Shown here: positions 1-12,066 of the stretch, one piece after another
Position numbering within the stretch: the first letter of the stretch is position 1
Layout: every line of letters begins with the position of its first letter
Source of the DNA: Podarcis liolepis
Taxonomy: Eukaryota
Direction: 5' to 3' (one strand)
DNA length: 64,000 bases
Assembly: GCA_965112155.1 (NCBI GenBank)
Contig: OZ218115.1
Notes under the pieces: model-generated
What the model was told of the DNA's origin: nothing
Seen by the model: the letters and a program-made list of their open reading frames with translations, nothing else
The model's database searches: none
Made by a program: the position numbers and the translations under genes

Positions 1-1091
1 TATTGTGACCTCCAACAGATTCCTAACAGAAGCCTTATGACCTGGAACAAAGGCTAATGAGAAACCCAGGACTGTGTGAACACAGATTTAGGACCTTCCT
101 TGGTTATAAAAGGAAAAGAGGTGTTCAACATCAGCTCCTGTGATACATTCACAGTATGAGTCACCTGGATTGGGGAAGCTTGAGATAAATGATGGTCCAT
201 TGCCTGGTCAGTCTCCTGTTGTATCGCTTGCCCTCTTAGGTTCCATCAGTACTAGACCTCCATGGACATTAAGCTGGAGAAACCTTTCCAATCTAGACTT
301 TGGTATAGCAGCCAGTGGCAAGCAAACATAGCATAGTGTTGTTTTCTTCCTGGGACAAATCCATAAATATTTTCCAAACAGTGGCATAAATTTTAGGGGG
401 GAAAGGTGTATGCCTCACCCTGTAGTAAATCCCCAGTCGCTATTCAATATAATTTTATGTAGTGATAATAACGTTGAGACAAGAGAGAGGTTCAACTCTG
501 TACGAAATAGTGTTCCCGAATGCTTATGGCTTTATGGGGTAAGCACATGCTGCTCTTAAAATAAATTGGTTTTATGTCTGGCAATACACTGTTTCAATAT
601 TTGGGTCATCATTTGTAGTAATGAGAAAGGACAAGCGCTAATAAAATGTGGTGTACATCATAAATACTGATTAGCTTTTCAACACATTAATAATAATGAC
701 ATTGCAATGTTACCTCTAGTACCATCACAAGCTTGCTCATGGTTTTTTTTCTTCTCCATCATCATACTGTAGGAGATCAGGGGTGGGATCTCCCAAATTC
801 ATTGGTGGCTGCTGCCTACTGGAATCGATGGGGTGAAAGTCAGGGAGCTTGATGGTTGGAGGAGCCAGAATCAATGATACAGCAAATGAGAGGTGCAGCC
901 AACCAATTCTAGTTTGGCTCCATCCTCTGCCCTTGTCCTTCATTGCTGATGCCATGAAGCTGTTATAACATTTTAGGGGGCACACACATAGCAGACACAC
1001 ACTCCACAGAAAACCAATCCTTCACCCTTTTTTTGTTGTTGTAGACCACCTCCTTATGTATGATGTTTTTAGGGTGGTCTTTGGCTAGGGG

Positions 1092-1444
1092 AGATGAGAC
1101 GTGGGTGGCGCTGTGGGTTAAACCACAGAGCCTAGGATTTGCCAATCAGAAGGTTGGCAGTTCGAATCCCCACGATGGGGTGAGCTCCCACTGCTCGGTC
1201 CCTGCTCCTGCCAACCTAGCAGTTCAAAAGCACGTCAAAGTGCAAGTAGATAAATAGGTACTGCTCCAGCAGGAAGTAAACGGCATTTCCGTGCGCTGCT
1301 CTGGTTCACCAGAAGCGGCTTAGTCATGCTGGCCACATGACCCGGAAGCTGTACGCCAGCTCCCTCGGCCAATAAAGCGAGATGAGTGCCACAACCCCAG
1401 AGTCAGCCACGACTGGACCTAATGGTCAGGGGTCCCTTTACCTT
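1092..1444 (+). mobile_element. Sauria SINE, full length
   Basis: tRNA-like head (GGTGGCGCTGTGGGTTAAA...GTTCGAATCCC B-box), CCTAGCAGTTC core and ...CCCTTTACCTTT tail. Flanked by a 12-bp TSD TTTGGCTAGGGG (1080-1091 / 1445-1456). Confidence 0.93.
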
Positions 1445-2259
1445 TTTGGCTAGGGGTAGGGCAATGTCTAAAGTATTTAAAGGGTCTTGCACACCTTTGT
1501 TCTGGGTTTCTCTTACCCCCTTTCAAGTGGGGAGGGACAGAACTCTGTTGCAACAGAAAAATAAAGATCTGCCTTGCTTTCACTGGATCCGGCCTCCATC
1601 CATCCTTCTCTGACCAATCATGGACTTATGGGACTCAGAGTCCCTTGGGGAGTTGGGCATCAAAAGCCAACCCCCAATTTTTCTACAACAAAATCAAATG
1701 TGTTTGGTGGTATTGACTCACATACTTTTATTTACTGGTGTCCAGTGATGACAACCTACCAGATAAGGTGTTCTGGCATCATTCTTTTCACTATGGGTCC
1801 TTTCAGACTGGTGCTTATTGTGAGATTGATGCTCCTCGTTCAAGCATTAATTTTTGCAGCCCCCCCCCCCACCAACAGCCCATTTACAGCCCAACCTTTC
1901 TGATCCAAACAAGGTGGGATCACCTATGATACTTATTCAGGCAGGAGGAAGATTGAGGGGACACACTGGCACAGAGGAAGAAGAAACAGCATCCACTGGG
2001 AAATCACTTGCAAAAGTGAATATTCACACCACCTTAAGTGTTGCCCGGAAGGGGCGGGGAGAAGTTGCTCTGTGGAAATCGCTAACTTCTGTCTGAGGTT
2101 TATGAAACCTGGTATAGCCCTACAACACTCATTATTCAGTCTTTCCCCCCCCCCCCCACACACACACACTTCAACCCATGTTTTCTGAAATTGAAAAACA
2201 AGTGTCTAATATTAAGACAATCTCATCCTAGCAAACATGCTGTATTTGAGCATATTTAT

Positions 2260-2670
2260 AGCTGGACCATAAAGAAGGCTGATCGCCGAAGAATGGATGC
2301 TTTTGAATTATGGTGCTGGAGGAGACTCTTGAGAGTCCCATGGACTGCAAGAAGATCAAACCTCTCCATTCTGAAGGAAATCAGCCCTGAGTGCTCACTG
2401 GAAGGACAGATCCTGAAGCTGAGGCTCCAATACTTTGGCCACCTCATGAGAAGAGAAGACTCCCTGGAAAAGACCCTGATATTGGGAAAGATGGAGAGCA
2501 CAAGGAGAAGGGGACGACAGAGGACGAGATGGTTGGATAATGTTCTCCGAAGCTACCAGCATGAGTTTGACCAAACTGCGGGAGGCAGTGGAAGACAGGA
2601 GTGCCTGGCGTGCTCTGGTCCAGGGGGTCACGAAGAGTTGGACACGACTAAACAACTAAACAACAACAAC
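2260..2670 (+). mobile_element. Bov-B (RTE clade) LINE, 5'-truncated 3' fragment
   Basis: Translates SWTIKKADRRRMDAFELWCWRRLLRVPWTARRSN...LQYFGHLMRREDSLEKTLILGK, the Bov-B ORF C-terminus. Frameshift near 2550; (CAA)n tail. Confidence 0.95.
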
Positions 2671-2759
2671 ATTCTGAATGTGATTTGGTTTATTTCTGGC
2701 CATTTTACCAAGGCAGGCTTTTCTAGCCTTGTTAAGTGCTTGCTTGCATCTAATTTCAC

Positions 2760-2761
<2 letters not shown>

Positions 2762-2803
<42 letters not shown>

Positions 2804-2806
2804 CGT
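2762..2806. repeat. (TG)n(CG)n microsatellite
   Basis: Direct inspection. Confidence 0.95.
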
Positions 2807-3506
2807 TAGTTATCTCTTTTTTCCAGTATGATGGCTTTCCCCCCTTTCTTTCACATCCCTCTCCGTTGGTTCCCTTCCTACCTGTTTGACAAATCATTCG
2901 GTGTATCTGCTATAGAATGATTCCCCCCCCCCATCCCCTCACCTGCTCTTTCCCATTGGGTAACCCACTTGGTGGGACTGTCACTCATGCACAAGAATAC
3001 TGCATCATTTATAAACTGATGAAACCCATTTCTTTTTCTCTTTCACTTTCTCTGCACCTTTCTATCTGCATGCCTCATCTCCATTTGAATTGTTAATTTT
3101 GGTACCTTAACAACAAGGGAAATGTTGGGGTTATCACAATCACCTTTTTCTCATTGTATGTGAGTTCTTTTTCACATCATGGGGGATGTTTTGATCACTG
3201 CCATTGTCGCGAGACACCTGATGCTATTTTAGATCAGAAGCTTTGTCTCTCGCCGCTGCAACAGCCCATAACTTACCATTCCAACCCTGTATCTAGTTGC
3301 CCAAAGGCAGGTAAAAGTGAGGCTCCCTTTGATCAGCGAGCCACTGGTCCATGGCTGGTGGAATTCCCCGGGGGTCACTAATCTCAGGGACACTTGGAGG
3401 GTCTGCTAAGGGCCCCCTAAAAAAAACAATATCACCTATAAAAACTCTTTAGAATAGAGTTTTACACATATCCATAAATGTGAGCTTATCTGGACAGTGC
3501 TACATA

Positions 3507-3911
3507 CAGTGGTGCCTCGCAAGACGAAAAGAATCCGTTCCGCGAGTCTCTTCGTCTTGCGGTTTTTTCGTCTTGCGAAGCAAGCCCATTAGCGGCTTAG
3601 CAGATTAGCGCTATTAGCGGCTTAGCGGGCTTAGCGGATCAGCTGATACGCGGTTTAGCGGCTTAGCGGATCAGCTGATAAGCGGCTTAGCGGATCAGCT
3701 GTTAGGCGGCTTAGGATCAGCTGATAAGCGGCTTAGCGGCTTGGGAAAAGGGGGGGGGAGGAAAAAAACCCCGCAGGAACTCGCAAGACATTTTCATATT
3801 GAGAAGCAAGCCCATAGGAAATTCGTTTTGCGAAGCACCTCCAAAACGGAAAACCCTTTCGTCTAGCGGGTTTTCCGTCTTGCGAGGCATTCGTCTTGCG
3901 GGGCACCACTG
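3507..3911. mobile_element. Tc1/mariner (pogo/Tigger-like) MITE with internal TTAGCGG minisatellite
   Basis: TIRs CAGTGGTGCCTCGCAAGACGAA / TTCGTCTTGCGGGGCACCACTG with TA on both sides. Same termini as 50330-50685. Confidence 0.9.
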
Positions 3912-4104
3912 TAATTGTGGCTTTGTTAAATAGACTTGCTTTTACTACCCATTAATAATTTCGCTAAGCTTTCATGGTACATCAGCTTTCCCCAGCCTGG
4001 TGTCATCTGGTTGTTTTGGAGTACAACTCTCAGCTCCTGATGGATATGATGGTTTATAGAGCAACTTAAGTAAAAGGGAACAGATCCAGGTCCATGGAGC
4101 TTCC

Positions 4105-4265
4105 AGCCTAAATTTTAGCACTGAGGTCCAGATTCAAATCTAGATCCACTTGGCCATGAAGCTCTCTGGGTGACCTTGGGCCAGCCACTAATATCTCTCA
4201 GTCTATATTACCCCCAGGATTGTTGTGTGGATTAAATGGTGGGGGAAGAATCCTGTACACCAAGG
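4105..4265 (+). mobile_element. Decayed MIR-like/CORE SINE
   Basis: GGCCATGAAGCT...GGGTGACCTTGGGCCAG...GGATTGTTGTG core-like sequence. Confidence 0.55.
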
Positions 4266-4574
4266 AAGGGGAACCCTGTGGCCTTCCAGATGCTTTTGGA
4301 CTACAAATCACATCATCCCTGGCCACTGGTCATGATGGCGAACCACACCTGGAGGGCCACAGTTTCCCCATTTCAATGTATGCCATCCATAGCTCCAAGG
4401 GTGAAAGGTGAGATAGCTTATCATGCAAAAGTCCAAAGTTGTCTCCAGGTACAGCTGGGAACGATTCCTGCCTGAAAACCAGAAAAACCAATGCCAGTCA
4501 GCAAAGACAACACTGAACTAGAGTCAGACCAATGCTCAGATCCTGTATAATGCAGTTTCTTAGGTTCCTAAATA

Positions 4575-4826
4575 CAGTGGTACCTCTGGATATAAACGGG
4601 ATCCATTCCGGAGCCCCGTTTGCATCCTGAAGTAAACGTAAGACGCAAATGCGCGTCTGCGGGTCACATTTTGCCGCTTCTGCGCATGCGCATGACGTCA
4701 TTTTTAGTGTCTGCGCATGCACGAGCAGTGAAATCCAGAAGTAACACGCTTCATTACTTCCGGGTCGCCGTGGAACGCAACCCAAAAATATTCATCCCGA
4801 AGCTACTTCAACCCGAGGTTTGACTG
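4575..4826. mobile_element. Tc1/mariner-type MITE
   Basis: TA|CAGTGGTACCTC ... GAGGTTTGACTG|TA termini. Confidence 0.82.
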
Positions 4827-5182
4827 TAGCTCTGTGTCAGGGACTGGACTGAGGAGGAATGGTGGGGACCGCCCGCCCCCCCCCCCACTTCTCAGAGAAG
4901 AAGGAGACAGTGGTTTGCAGAGGCAGTTCAGAGGCTGTAGAGGGGAGAAGCTGGGAAATATTGGAAGAGCAGCAGTAATAAGAGGAAGCGCCAGGGGAGA
5001 GACAGCTGACAGGCGCAGTGTCTTTAGAAAGCATTCCAGACACTCCCCCCCTGCCCCCGAACTCGGCGGGCATTGAAAGTAGGAGAATAGAAAGCTCAGA
5101 GGGAGGAAGCACAGATCAGCCAACATAGGGATGACGTATAATAGGAGAGACAGAGGGGGTAGGACTTTACTCGAAGCAACAC

Positions 5183-5446
5183 TGTTATGTACTGAAGTTC
5201 TCACCCTGGGCCAGCAGGGGGATACTGTAGATAGTTTTCACTCAGGTCCACATATGCAAATAAGGGATTGAAATTGACGTTCAGTGATTGGATAGTTACA
5301 GAAAATGGTTACTGTTGCGCTATAGTGGAGCTCTATATAAGCAGGCTGGCTGAACCCTTCAGCTTAGTTCTGTTCTTGCCTGTGAATAAACAAGAGCTGT
5401 TTGAAGAATCGCTGTGTCGTCTGATATGTTCACCCACAACTTAACA
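5183..5446 (+). mobile_element. Solo LTR (264 bp) of an LTR retrotransposon
   Basis: TGTTA...TAACA termini; perfect 5-bp TSD AACAC (5178-5182 / 5447-5451); TATATAA at ~5334 and AATAAA at ~5385. Confidence 0.9.
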
Positions 5447-7575
5447 AACACCATTATCCGAGAGACGGCATTTCTACGTCTCTCTCTGAATATTGAATAA
5501 AAAAACATTGTCTTTCCATTACTGGCAGCCTGCCATGAAGGAGGGGGATCGAATTCCCGGAAGCCTGACACTCTGGTTTATTGCTGTGCATAGGTGTCAG
5601 GTGGCCCCCAAGATGGGGGACCCTGGTGCATGTCATGCACTGTGTGCATGTGACAACGCCCACGCAACGGAGGAGGCCGAGCGCTCTGAAGGAGCTGGCT
5701 ACTGGACTTGCGACATGCATTGAGCATCGTGCACATACATGTGTCATGCATGTGTGATGCACGCAGGGCCATCTCAAGATTGAGGGGGCGGCCCCGCCTG
5801 CTTAAAACAAATATGGAGGGGGCAAGGTACCTTTGGCCCCCTAGAGTTGGCACGCCTATTGCTGTGTAATGTGTGAAACGGCCTGCAGGTATCGCAGCAC
5901 CTGATCCAGATGTGGAGAGGCGGCACCTCTGCCTCGTTGATGAAATACATAGGCACATATAAAGTGACTTGCTAATGGGCGATCCAGCAAGTAATCAAAT
6001 TTGATGAGGAATTTCAAGAGCACACACACACATCACCTTGGGGATAAATGAGACCCTATTTATGTGAACAGCAATAGGTTGTTAAAGACAACGGAAAGTA
6101 CACAAAACACAAAAGAGTTTTAAATATTACAAGAGCAGCTGGTGAATGCCACGGGGAGAGGATTACAAAGGAGCAAGAGAAGAGAAGGATTCAAGAACAA
6201 GAGGGAAAAGGTTGAGGTCACTGCGCTGATATTTAAATCACAGAAACTAGAAACGAAGGGCGGAAAAGAAATGGGGTTATTTGTTCTGGAGAAGGGATGG
6301 AAGGGTCTGTCTGTTTTGGTTCTCTCGGTTTCTTCTTTTTCCCATCTTAAATTTGGTTCTCTGCGTTGCTGCAGCAATTTGCTCTTTTAAAAAAATCTGG
6401 GGGGAAATCTCTTCAGCATTAAATTTCTTCCAATACACATTTTTCTTATGCAATTTTGACTAATACACACATTTTTGCAAGCAATTTCTCTCAGTATGAT
6501 TCAATTTGTTACACTGTGTTCACTAATACATTCATTCTTATGCACACTTTCCCCTAACACACACATTTTTGTAAAAAAATGTTTGATTGGAGAACTGCCT
6601 TGCAAAAATTGGCAAAGCACAAATTTTAAAAGATAGCTGTGTTTTAGTTCCCATTTTGTTTCATAAAGTGCAAAGTTGATAAGAGTCAGCTTTAAATGAT
6701 AACTGAACAGAATTTATCCTCCATCCTTCATCTTGAGTGAATACTATTAATTGCTCTTGAAAACACCATTAAGAGGCATCACTGATCACATAACAAAATT
6801 AACTAGCAGTTATGAATTATAAAAATATACTTAGAGAACTTTATCAGGGCATTGGGAGGGCAGCTGTGGAAAAAGAAGGATTGCAAAAGCTATTTTAAGG
6901 TGAGGATCACTGTAGAGCTGCTGTATTAAAGTGGCAAAACCAGGAAGTCGTGGGTTCAAATCTTCTCTTAACCATGTGTTTAGTAGCTTTAGATAAGCTG
7001 CTATTCTCTCATCCCTCCATTAGCAATGTGGAAGACATAATACTGACATCTTTTACATAGTGGCTGTAAAGATGTTTGATATAAAGTACAGTTATGGATT
7101 TGTGGGGTGGGACCCCACTAAACCCTAGAAATTAATAAATGGTATAGTTTTGATTATTTGTAGTACTGAAAGATTATTTGTAGTACTGGGAAGATTTCAG
7201 GCCAGTGGAAAAATACAAGCTAAGCTTTCTTTCCAAACAAGGACTTCACCTAGGTCCTAGGTTAGTGCCATTTACATGGCCAAAGGTGTTGATGGCACAT
7301 CTGAGAGGAATTCTTGGGCCTGGGCAGACAGAAGGTTGCCAGGGTGACTGGGTGTGAAGTGACAGGAAAAGAGAGTCTTGTGCAAGGTGTGCCCGGAAGA
7401 AGAAAAGGGAGGTGTCCATCTTGGGCAGGCTGGCTGAAGTCTTTGACTCCATGGCTGCACTGCTGTCAGGAACAAGCTCTCTTTGAGATGACCATGCTGT
7501 GACAGCTGGACTCCTTCCATGCAGACTGAGGGTGTGGATAATTCAAATTTCTTAAAGCTATGACAGTCTCCACCG

Positions 7576-7866
7576 CATCTCTTTCAGCTTCTGCCTTCTG
7601 GAAGAAGGTACAGGGTTATAAAGACTAGGACTAGTCGCCTGAGAAACAGTTTCTATCCAAATGTGATTTTGGTTTTAAACGCAGTGTAAGGTAGTCTCTA
7701 TGGGAGTACATTGTATTTAATTATGGGGTATCAGAGTTTTTAGGGGGCTAACCAGGCTGGGATAGCTGGGATAGCAGGCTTGTTGGTTTTTGAAAGTCTG
7801 ATGTAGATTTTTCCAATTTTGTTGTTCTGTATGGGACAATGACAATAAAGATTATCGTATCGTATC
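7576..7866 (+). mobile_element. Rex1/Babar-type LINE 3' end
   Basis: Encodes HLFQLLPSGRRYRVIKTRTSRLRNSFYPNVILVLNAV*, a Rex1/Babar-like C-terminus. AATAAA is followed by a (TATCG)n tail. Confidence 0.8.
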
Positions 7867-8698
7867 TCAATTCTCCAAAGGAACATAGACTGTGGGTGAG
7901 TGCCTGGAACCCCCTGGAATCTTCCTGACACTCGGGAGAGAGTGGGGACAGCAGCCAACTTTTGTGACACCAGGTAGAGGGTTTTGTGTGCTCAGAGTGC
8001 TATATAAAAGCTAAGTGGTGTTAAATAATGTGTAGGCTGCGTTTTACTTAACGAAAGCTGGGCTTCATAGAATCACAGAATAGTAGGGCTGAGAGGGCCT
8101 GGGATTCGGACTCAGAGGCTGAACCTGAGGAATCCCAGCCTGCACAGGAGTCCCCGCCTTCAGAACCAGCTGAGCCGGGGCCGGGGCTGGGGCTGGGGCC
8201 TGAGCCTGAAGGGTCCTCACCTGTGCTGGATCCTCAGGTGCAGGCACCAGTTGAGTCGGCTCTGGCCCCTGAGGCGATGGAGGACCCATTGCCTGCAGGT
8301 GCTCCACTCTCGGCCCCATTAGGGGAAGCTGAGGTTGCCTCTGGGTCCGGTAACCCTCCAGCCTCTCCTGAGCTGCAGAGGCTCAGGGCAGAGAGGCGGA
8401 GGGAACTAAGTTCCCGCAGGAGGAGTGCTCGCCTCCAGGCCAGAAGAGGCGAGTCACCTGTGGACCGGGGCCGCCCTATGCCTCGGGGCAGATAAAAGCC
8501 AGCCAGCCCCAGTCCCAGGTTGCGGGAGCAATGTTGTTGCTAGCCTGTTCCTGCCTTCACCCTGTCCTGCTCTTCTGCCAGAGTTCCTGACCCCACCCGA
8601 CTCCCTGCCTTGGACCAGGGACGTGGACTTAGAAAAAATATTGGGGGGGCCCGGGAAAGCTCATGAATAATAAATAAGCTCATGAATATGCAAATAAA

Positions 8699-10765
8699 GA
8701 CCAAGCAGGTTTTCTCCCTAAAAGACACCTGGCAGACAATGTAAGGAATGTAATAGACATTCTGGAAAAGCTAGAGGTGAATATAAACACTAAAGCAGTA
8801 TTGATTTTTGTGGACGCGGAGAAAGCCTTTGACAATATTTCTTGGAGTTTTATGAGGAAGAATCTTCATGGGATGGGGGTAGGCCAGGGTTTTGAGAATG
8901 GTATGGCTGCAATATATTCTGAACAAAAAGCTAAACTGATTGTAAACAATGTTGTGACTGAGGAACTTAAGATAGAAAAAGGAACACGACAGGGGTGCCC
9001 AATTTCCCCATTACTTTTTATTTCAGTTCTGGAGGTGTTGCTGAACATGATAAGAAATGACCAGCAGGTCAAGGGTGTGCAGGTCGGAGCTAAACATTAT
9101 AAGTTAAGAGCGTTTGCAGATGACCTAGTATTGACTTTGCAAGAGCCAAACACTAGTACGAAAAAGGTTTTAGAAATAATACAACAGTTTGGCCAGGTAG
9201 CTGGATTTAAGTTGAACAAGCAAAAAACCAAAGTTTTAGGGAAAAACTTAACAGATATGGAAAAGGAGAAATTTCAAGAGGAAACAGGTTTGACTGTGGT
9301 AAAGAAGGTGAAATATCTAGGGGTTTACTTAACATCTAAGAATGTGAATTTGTATAAGGACAACTATGAAAAATGTTGGTCAGAAATTAAAAAAGATCTA
9401 GAAATATGGTCAAATTTGAAATTGTCAATGTTAGGCCGAATTGCAGTAATCAAAATGAATGTATTGCCTAGAATGTTATTTTTGTTTCAGACCTTGCAGA
9501 TTCTTGACAAGATGGAATGTTTTAAGAGGTGGCACAAAGACATTTCGAAATTTGTCTGGCAGGGCAAAAAGCCCCGAATTAAATTTAAGATATTGACAGA
9601 TGCTAAAGAAAGAGGGGGTTTCGCCCTGCCGGACCTAAAATTGTACTATGAGGCAGCAGCTTTTTGCTGGCTGAAAGAATGGATGCTCCTCGAGAACACG
9701 GACATCTTGGATCTGGAAGGTTTTAATAATGCTTTTGGTTGGCATGCATATCTTTGGTATGATAAAGTTAACAGTGCCTTTAAAAATCACATTGTTAGAA
9801 AAGCATTGTTTAATGTTTGGATAAGATATAAAGATCTATTGGAAAACAAAACCCCTAGATGGGTCTCACCAGTGGAGGCTAAAGCAGTGAAGAAACTCAA
9901 TATGGAGGTCGGATGGCCGAAGTATTGGGAAATTTTAGAACAGGATGGAGATAAGTTCAAACTACAAAGTCAGGAGAAATTGAAGCACAAAGTAGAAAAT
10001 TGGTTCCAATATCGTCAAATAATGGAATTTTTTAAACAGGACAGGAAAATCGGTTTCCAGGTGGAAAAATCAAAATTAGAAACCGAGCTGTTAGAACCCA
10101 ATACTAAGAATTTATCTAGAATGTACAACTTGCTGTTGAGATGGAACACACAGGATGAAACAGTTAAATCGGCTATGATTAAGTGGGCTCAGGATGTTGG
10201 ACACAACATTATGTCAGCTGACTGGGAATGGTTATGGAACACCGGTATTAAATTTACGGCATGTAATGCCTTAAAGGAAAACATTATGAAAATGGTATAC
10301 AGGTGGTACATGACCCCAGTCAAGCTGGCAAAAATCTATCATTTGCCCGACAATAAATGTTGGAAGTGTAAAGAGACTGAAGGTACCTTTTATCACCTTT
10401 GGTGGACATGCCCGAAGATTAAGGCCTTCTGGGAAATGATCTACAATGAAATGAAAAAGGTACTTAAATGTACCTTCCCTAAAAAACCAGAGGCCTTTCT
10501 CTTGGGCATTGTCGGCCAATTGGTGACAAAGAAAGATAGAACTTTTTTTATGTATGCCACAACAGCAGCAAGAATACTCATCGCAAAGTATTGGAAGACA
10601 CAAGATTTACCCACTGTGGAAGAATGGCAGATGAAAGTGATGGACTATATGACATTGGCCGAGATGACAGGCAGAATCCGTGACCAACGAAAAGAGACGG
10701 TGGAAGAGGAGTGGAAAAAATTTAAAAGCTACCTTAAGGACTACTATAAACTTAATGAATGCTAA
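8699..10765 (+). CDS. L1 ORF2 fragment (reverse transcriptase plus C-terminal CCHC zinc knuckle); no true start codon
   Basis: Open frame from DQAGFLPKR. RT motifs DAEKAFD, GTRQGCPISP, FADD and KYLG; CWKC...HLWWTC knuckle. The endonuclease domain is absent. Confidence 0.9.
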   Translation, partial: DQAGFLPKRHLADNVRNVIDILEKLEVNINTKAVLIFVDAEKAFDNISWSFMRKNLHGMGVGQGFENGMAAIYSEQKAKLIVNNVVTEELKIEKGTRQGCPISPLLFISVLEVLLNMIRNDQQVKGVQVGAKHYKLRAFADDLVLTLQEPNTSTKKVLEIIQQFGQVAGFKLNKQKTKVLGKNLTDMEKEKFQEETGLTVVKKVKYLGVYLTSKNVNLYKDNYEKCWSEIKKDLEIWSNLKLSMLGRIAVIKMNVLPRMLFLFQTLQILDKMECFKRWHKDISKFVWQGKKPRIKFKILTDAKERGGFALPDLKLYYEAAAFCWLKEWMLLENTDILDLEGFNNAFGWHAYLWYDKVNSAFKNHIVRKALFNVWIRYKDLLENKTPRWVSPVEAKAVKKLNMEVGWPKYWEILEQDGDKFKLQSQEKLKHKVENWFQYRQIMEFFKQDRKIGFQVEKSKLETELLEPNTKNLSRMYNLLLRWNTQDETVKSAMIKWAQDVGHNIMSADWEWLWNTGIKFTACNALKENIMKMVYRWYMTPVKLAKIYHLPDNKCWKCKETEGTFYHLWWTCPKIKAFWEMIYNEMKKVLKCTFPKKPEAFLLGIVGQLVTKKDRTFFMYATTAARILIAKYWKTQDLPTVEEWQMKVMDYMTLAEMTGRIRDQRKETVEEEWKKFKSYLKDYYKLNEC

Positions 10766-11037
10766 AATGTTGTGGTTTCCAGAAGCAAAAGGGTACAGGG
10801 ATATAAGGTTAGACTATAAAAGAGGACTAAGATGATAGAGATTGGAAAGTAACAATTGGGAGTTGCTAGTTGAATTATGGACATTGGGATGCAGAGAGGG
10901 GGGGTATGGGGAAGTCCAAGAAAAGAGGTTTATGAAAATATGTTTGAAATTATACGTGTATGTTTGTCTTTTTTAGTGTTTGTTTGTTTTTCTTAAAAAT
11001 GTTGTAAAACCAATAAAAATTTTATAAAAAAAAAAAA
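8700..11037 (+). mobile_element. Young 5'-truncated L1-clade LINE with poly(A) tail
   Basis: Uninterrupted ORF2 fragment, AATAAA 11012-11017, poly(A) from 11026, TT/AGAAAA endonuclease-like site, and a 69-bp flanking duplication. Confidence 0.95.
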
Positions 11038-11824
11038 AGAAAAAATATTGGGGGGGCCCGGGAAAGCTCATGAATAATAAATAAGCTCATCAATATGCAA
11101 ATAAAGTGGCTCCGGCCCTAAATAGGGCAAGCCACGCCCCCCAGCCAGCCGATTGGCTGGCTGGGAGGTGTGGCCAGTCGGGATTCCCCTGTTCTCGCGG
11201 GATTTCCGGCAGTGCCTCCGATTAGGGCGCGCGGCTGGCTGGCTGGCTAAGGAGCAGGTGGGGAGGAGGCGGGGGACGGCGGCGGCGCTCTGCTGGAAGG
11301 GTGCCCGCCCGAGATTATTGGGGGGGCTGAGCCCCCCCAAAAAATTTTTTGAGGGGGCTCGAGCCCCCTCAAGCCCCATGGAGTCGGCGCCTATGCCTTG
11401 GACCCCACTTCAGCTTTGACGAACAGCCTCCATACCGCACCATCAACCTCGGACTGGACTTGCTTAAAAACCTCCAAGGAAGGAGAATCCACCACATTCC
11501 CAAGGAGCACTGACACCTTCCCACCCCCCCCAATGTTAAAAGTGCAGCACTCACTGTAACAACTTCATCATAAGACCCAGTTCCTAGAAGCCAAGGTCCC
11601 TTTGCCCCCCTCAATAAAATATTTGAGTGCTAGCCCCGCAAGTTGATGGGCATTGCCATTCAAATGGTGTGCGGGTGCCATGTCTTGTGATCGATTATGT
11701 GGGGTGGGGTTCACCTGGGGCCCCCATTTTTTATTTGGGTTGGTACCCCTGAAACGCATGGCAAGTACTGAAACCTTTTCTTCTTAAAAAACAAAACAAA
11801 ACACTGGAGTTATTCCAGCCACTA

Positions 11825-12066
11825 CAGTGGTCCCTCGGGTTACAGACGCTTCAGGTTACATACGCTTCAGGTTGCAGACTCCACTAACCCAGAAATAGTA
11901 CCTCGGGTTAAGAACTTTGCTTCAGGGTGAGAACAGAAATTGTGTTCCGGTGGCGCGGCAGCAGCAGGAGGCCCCATTAGCTAAAGTGGTACCTCAGGTT
12001 AAGAACAGTTTCAGGTTAAGAACGGACCTCCGGAACGAATTAAGTTCTTAACCCGAGGTACCACTG
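11825..12066. mobile_element. Tc1/mariner (Tigger-like) MITE
   Basis: TA|CAGTGGTCCCTCGGGTTA ... TAACCCGAGGTACCACTG|TA. Confidence 0.9.

Larger units (their letters stand above)
8616..11395. mobile_element. Non-autonomous hAT element, interrupted by the L1
   Basis: Perfect 8-bp TSD CCTTGGAC (8608-8615 / 11396-11403); imperfect TIRs CAGGGACGTGGACT / GAGTCGGCGCCTATG. Confidence 0.8.
8087..11460 (+). mobile_element. Unclassified GC-rich interspersed repeat (8087-8615 plus 11396-11460), split by nested insertions
   Basis: Sequence reads continuously across the CCTTGGAC duplication. TATA-like GATAAAAGCC at ~8491. No clear termini, so class is uncertain (LTR- or DIRS/Ngaro-like). Confidence 0.45.

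Noticed and set aside
3589-3742. CRISPR-like or telomeric array
   Set aside because: No unique spacers and not TTAGGG; it is an internal minisatellite of a MITE.
8223-8495. 90-aa Pro/Ala/Arg-rich ORF as a host gene
   Set aside because: Lies inside an interspersed repeat, has a non-ATG start and no splice context.
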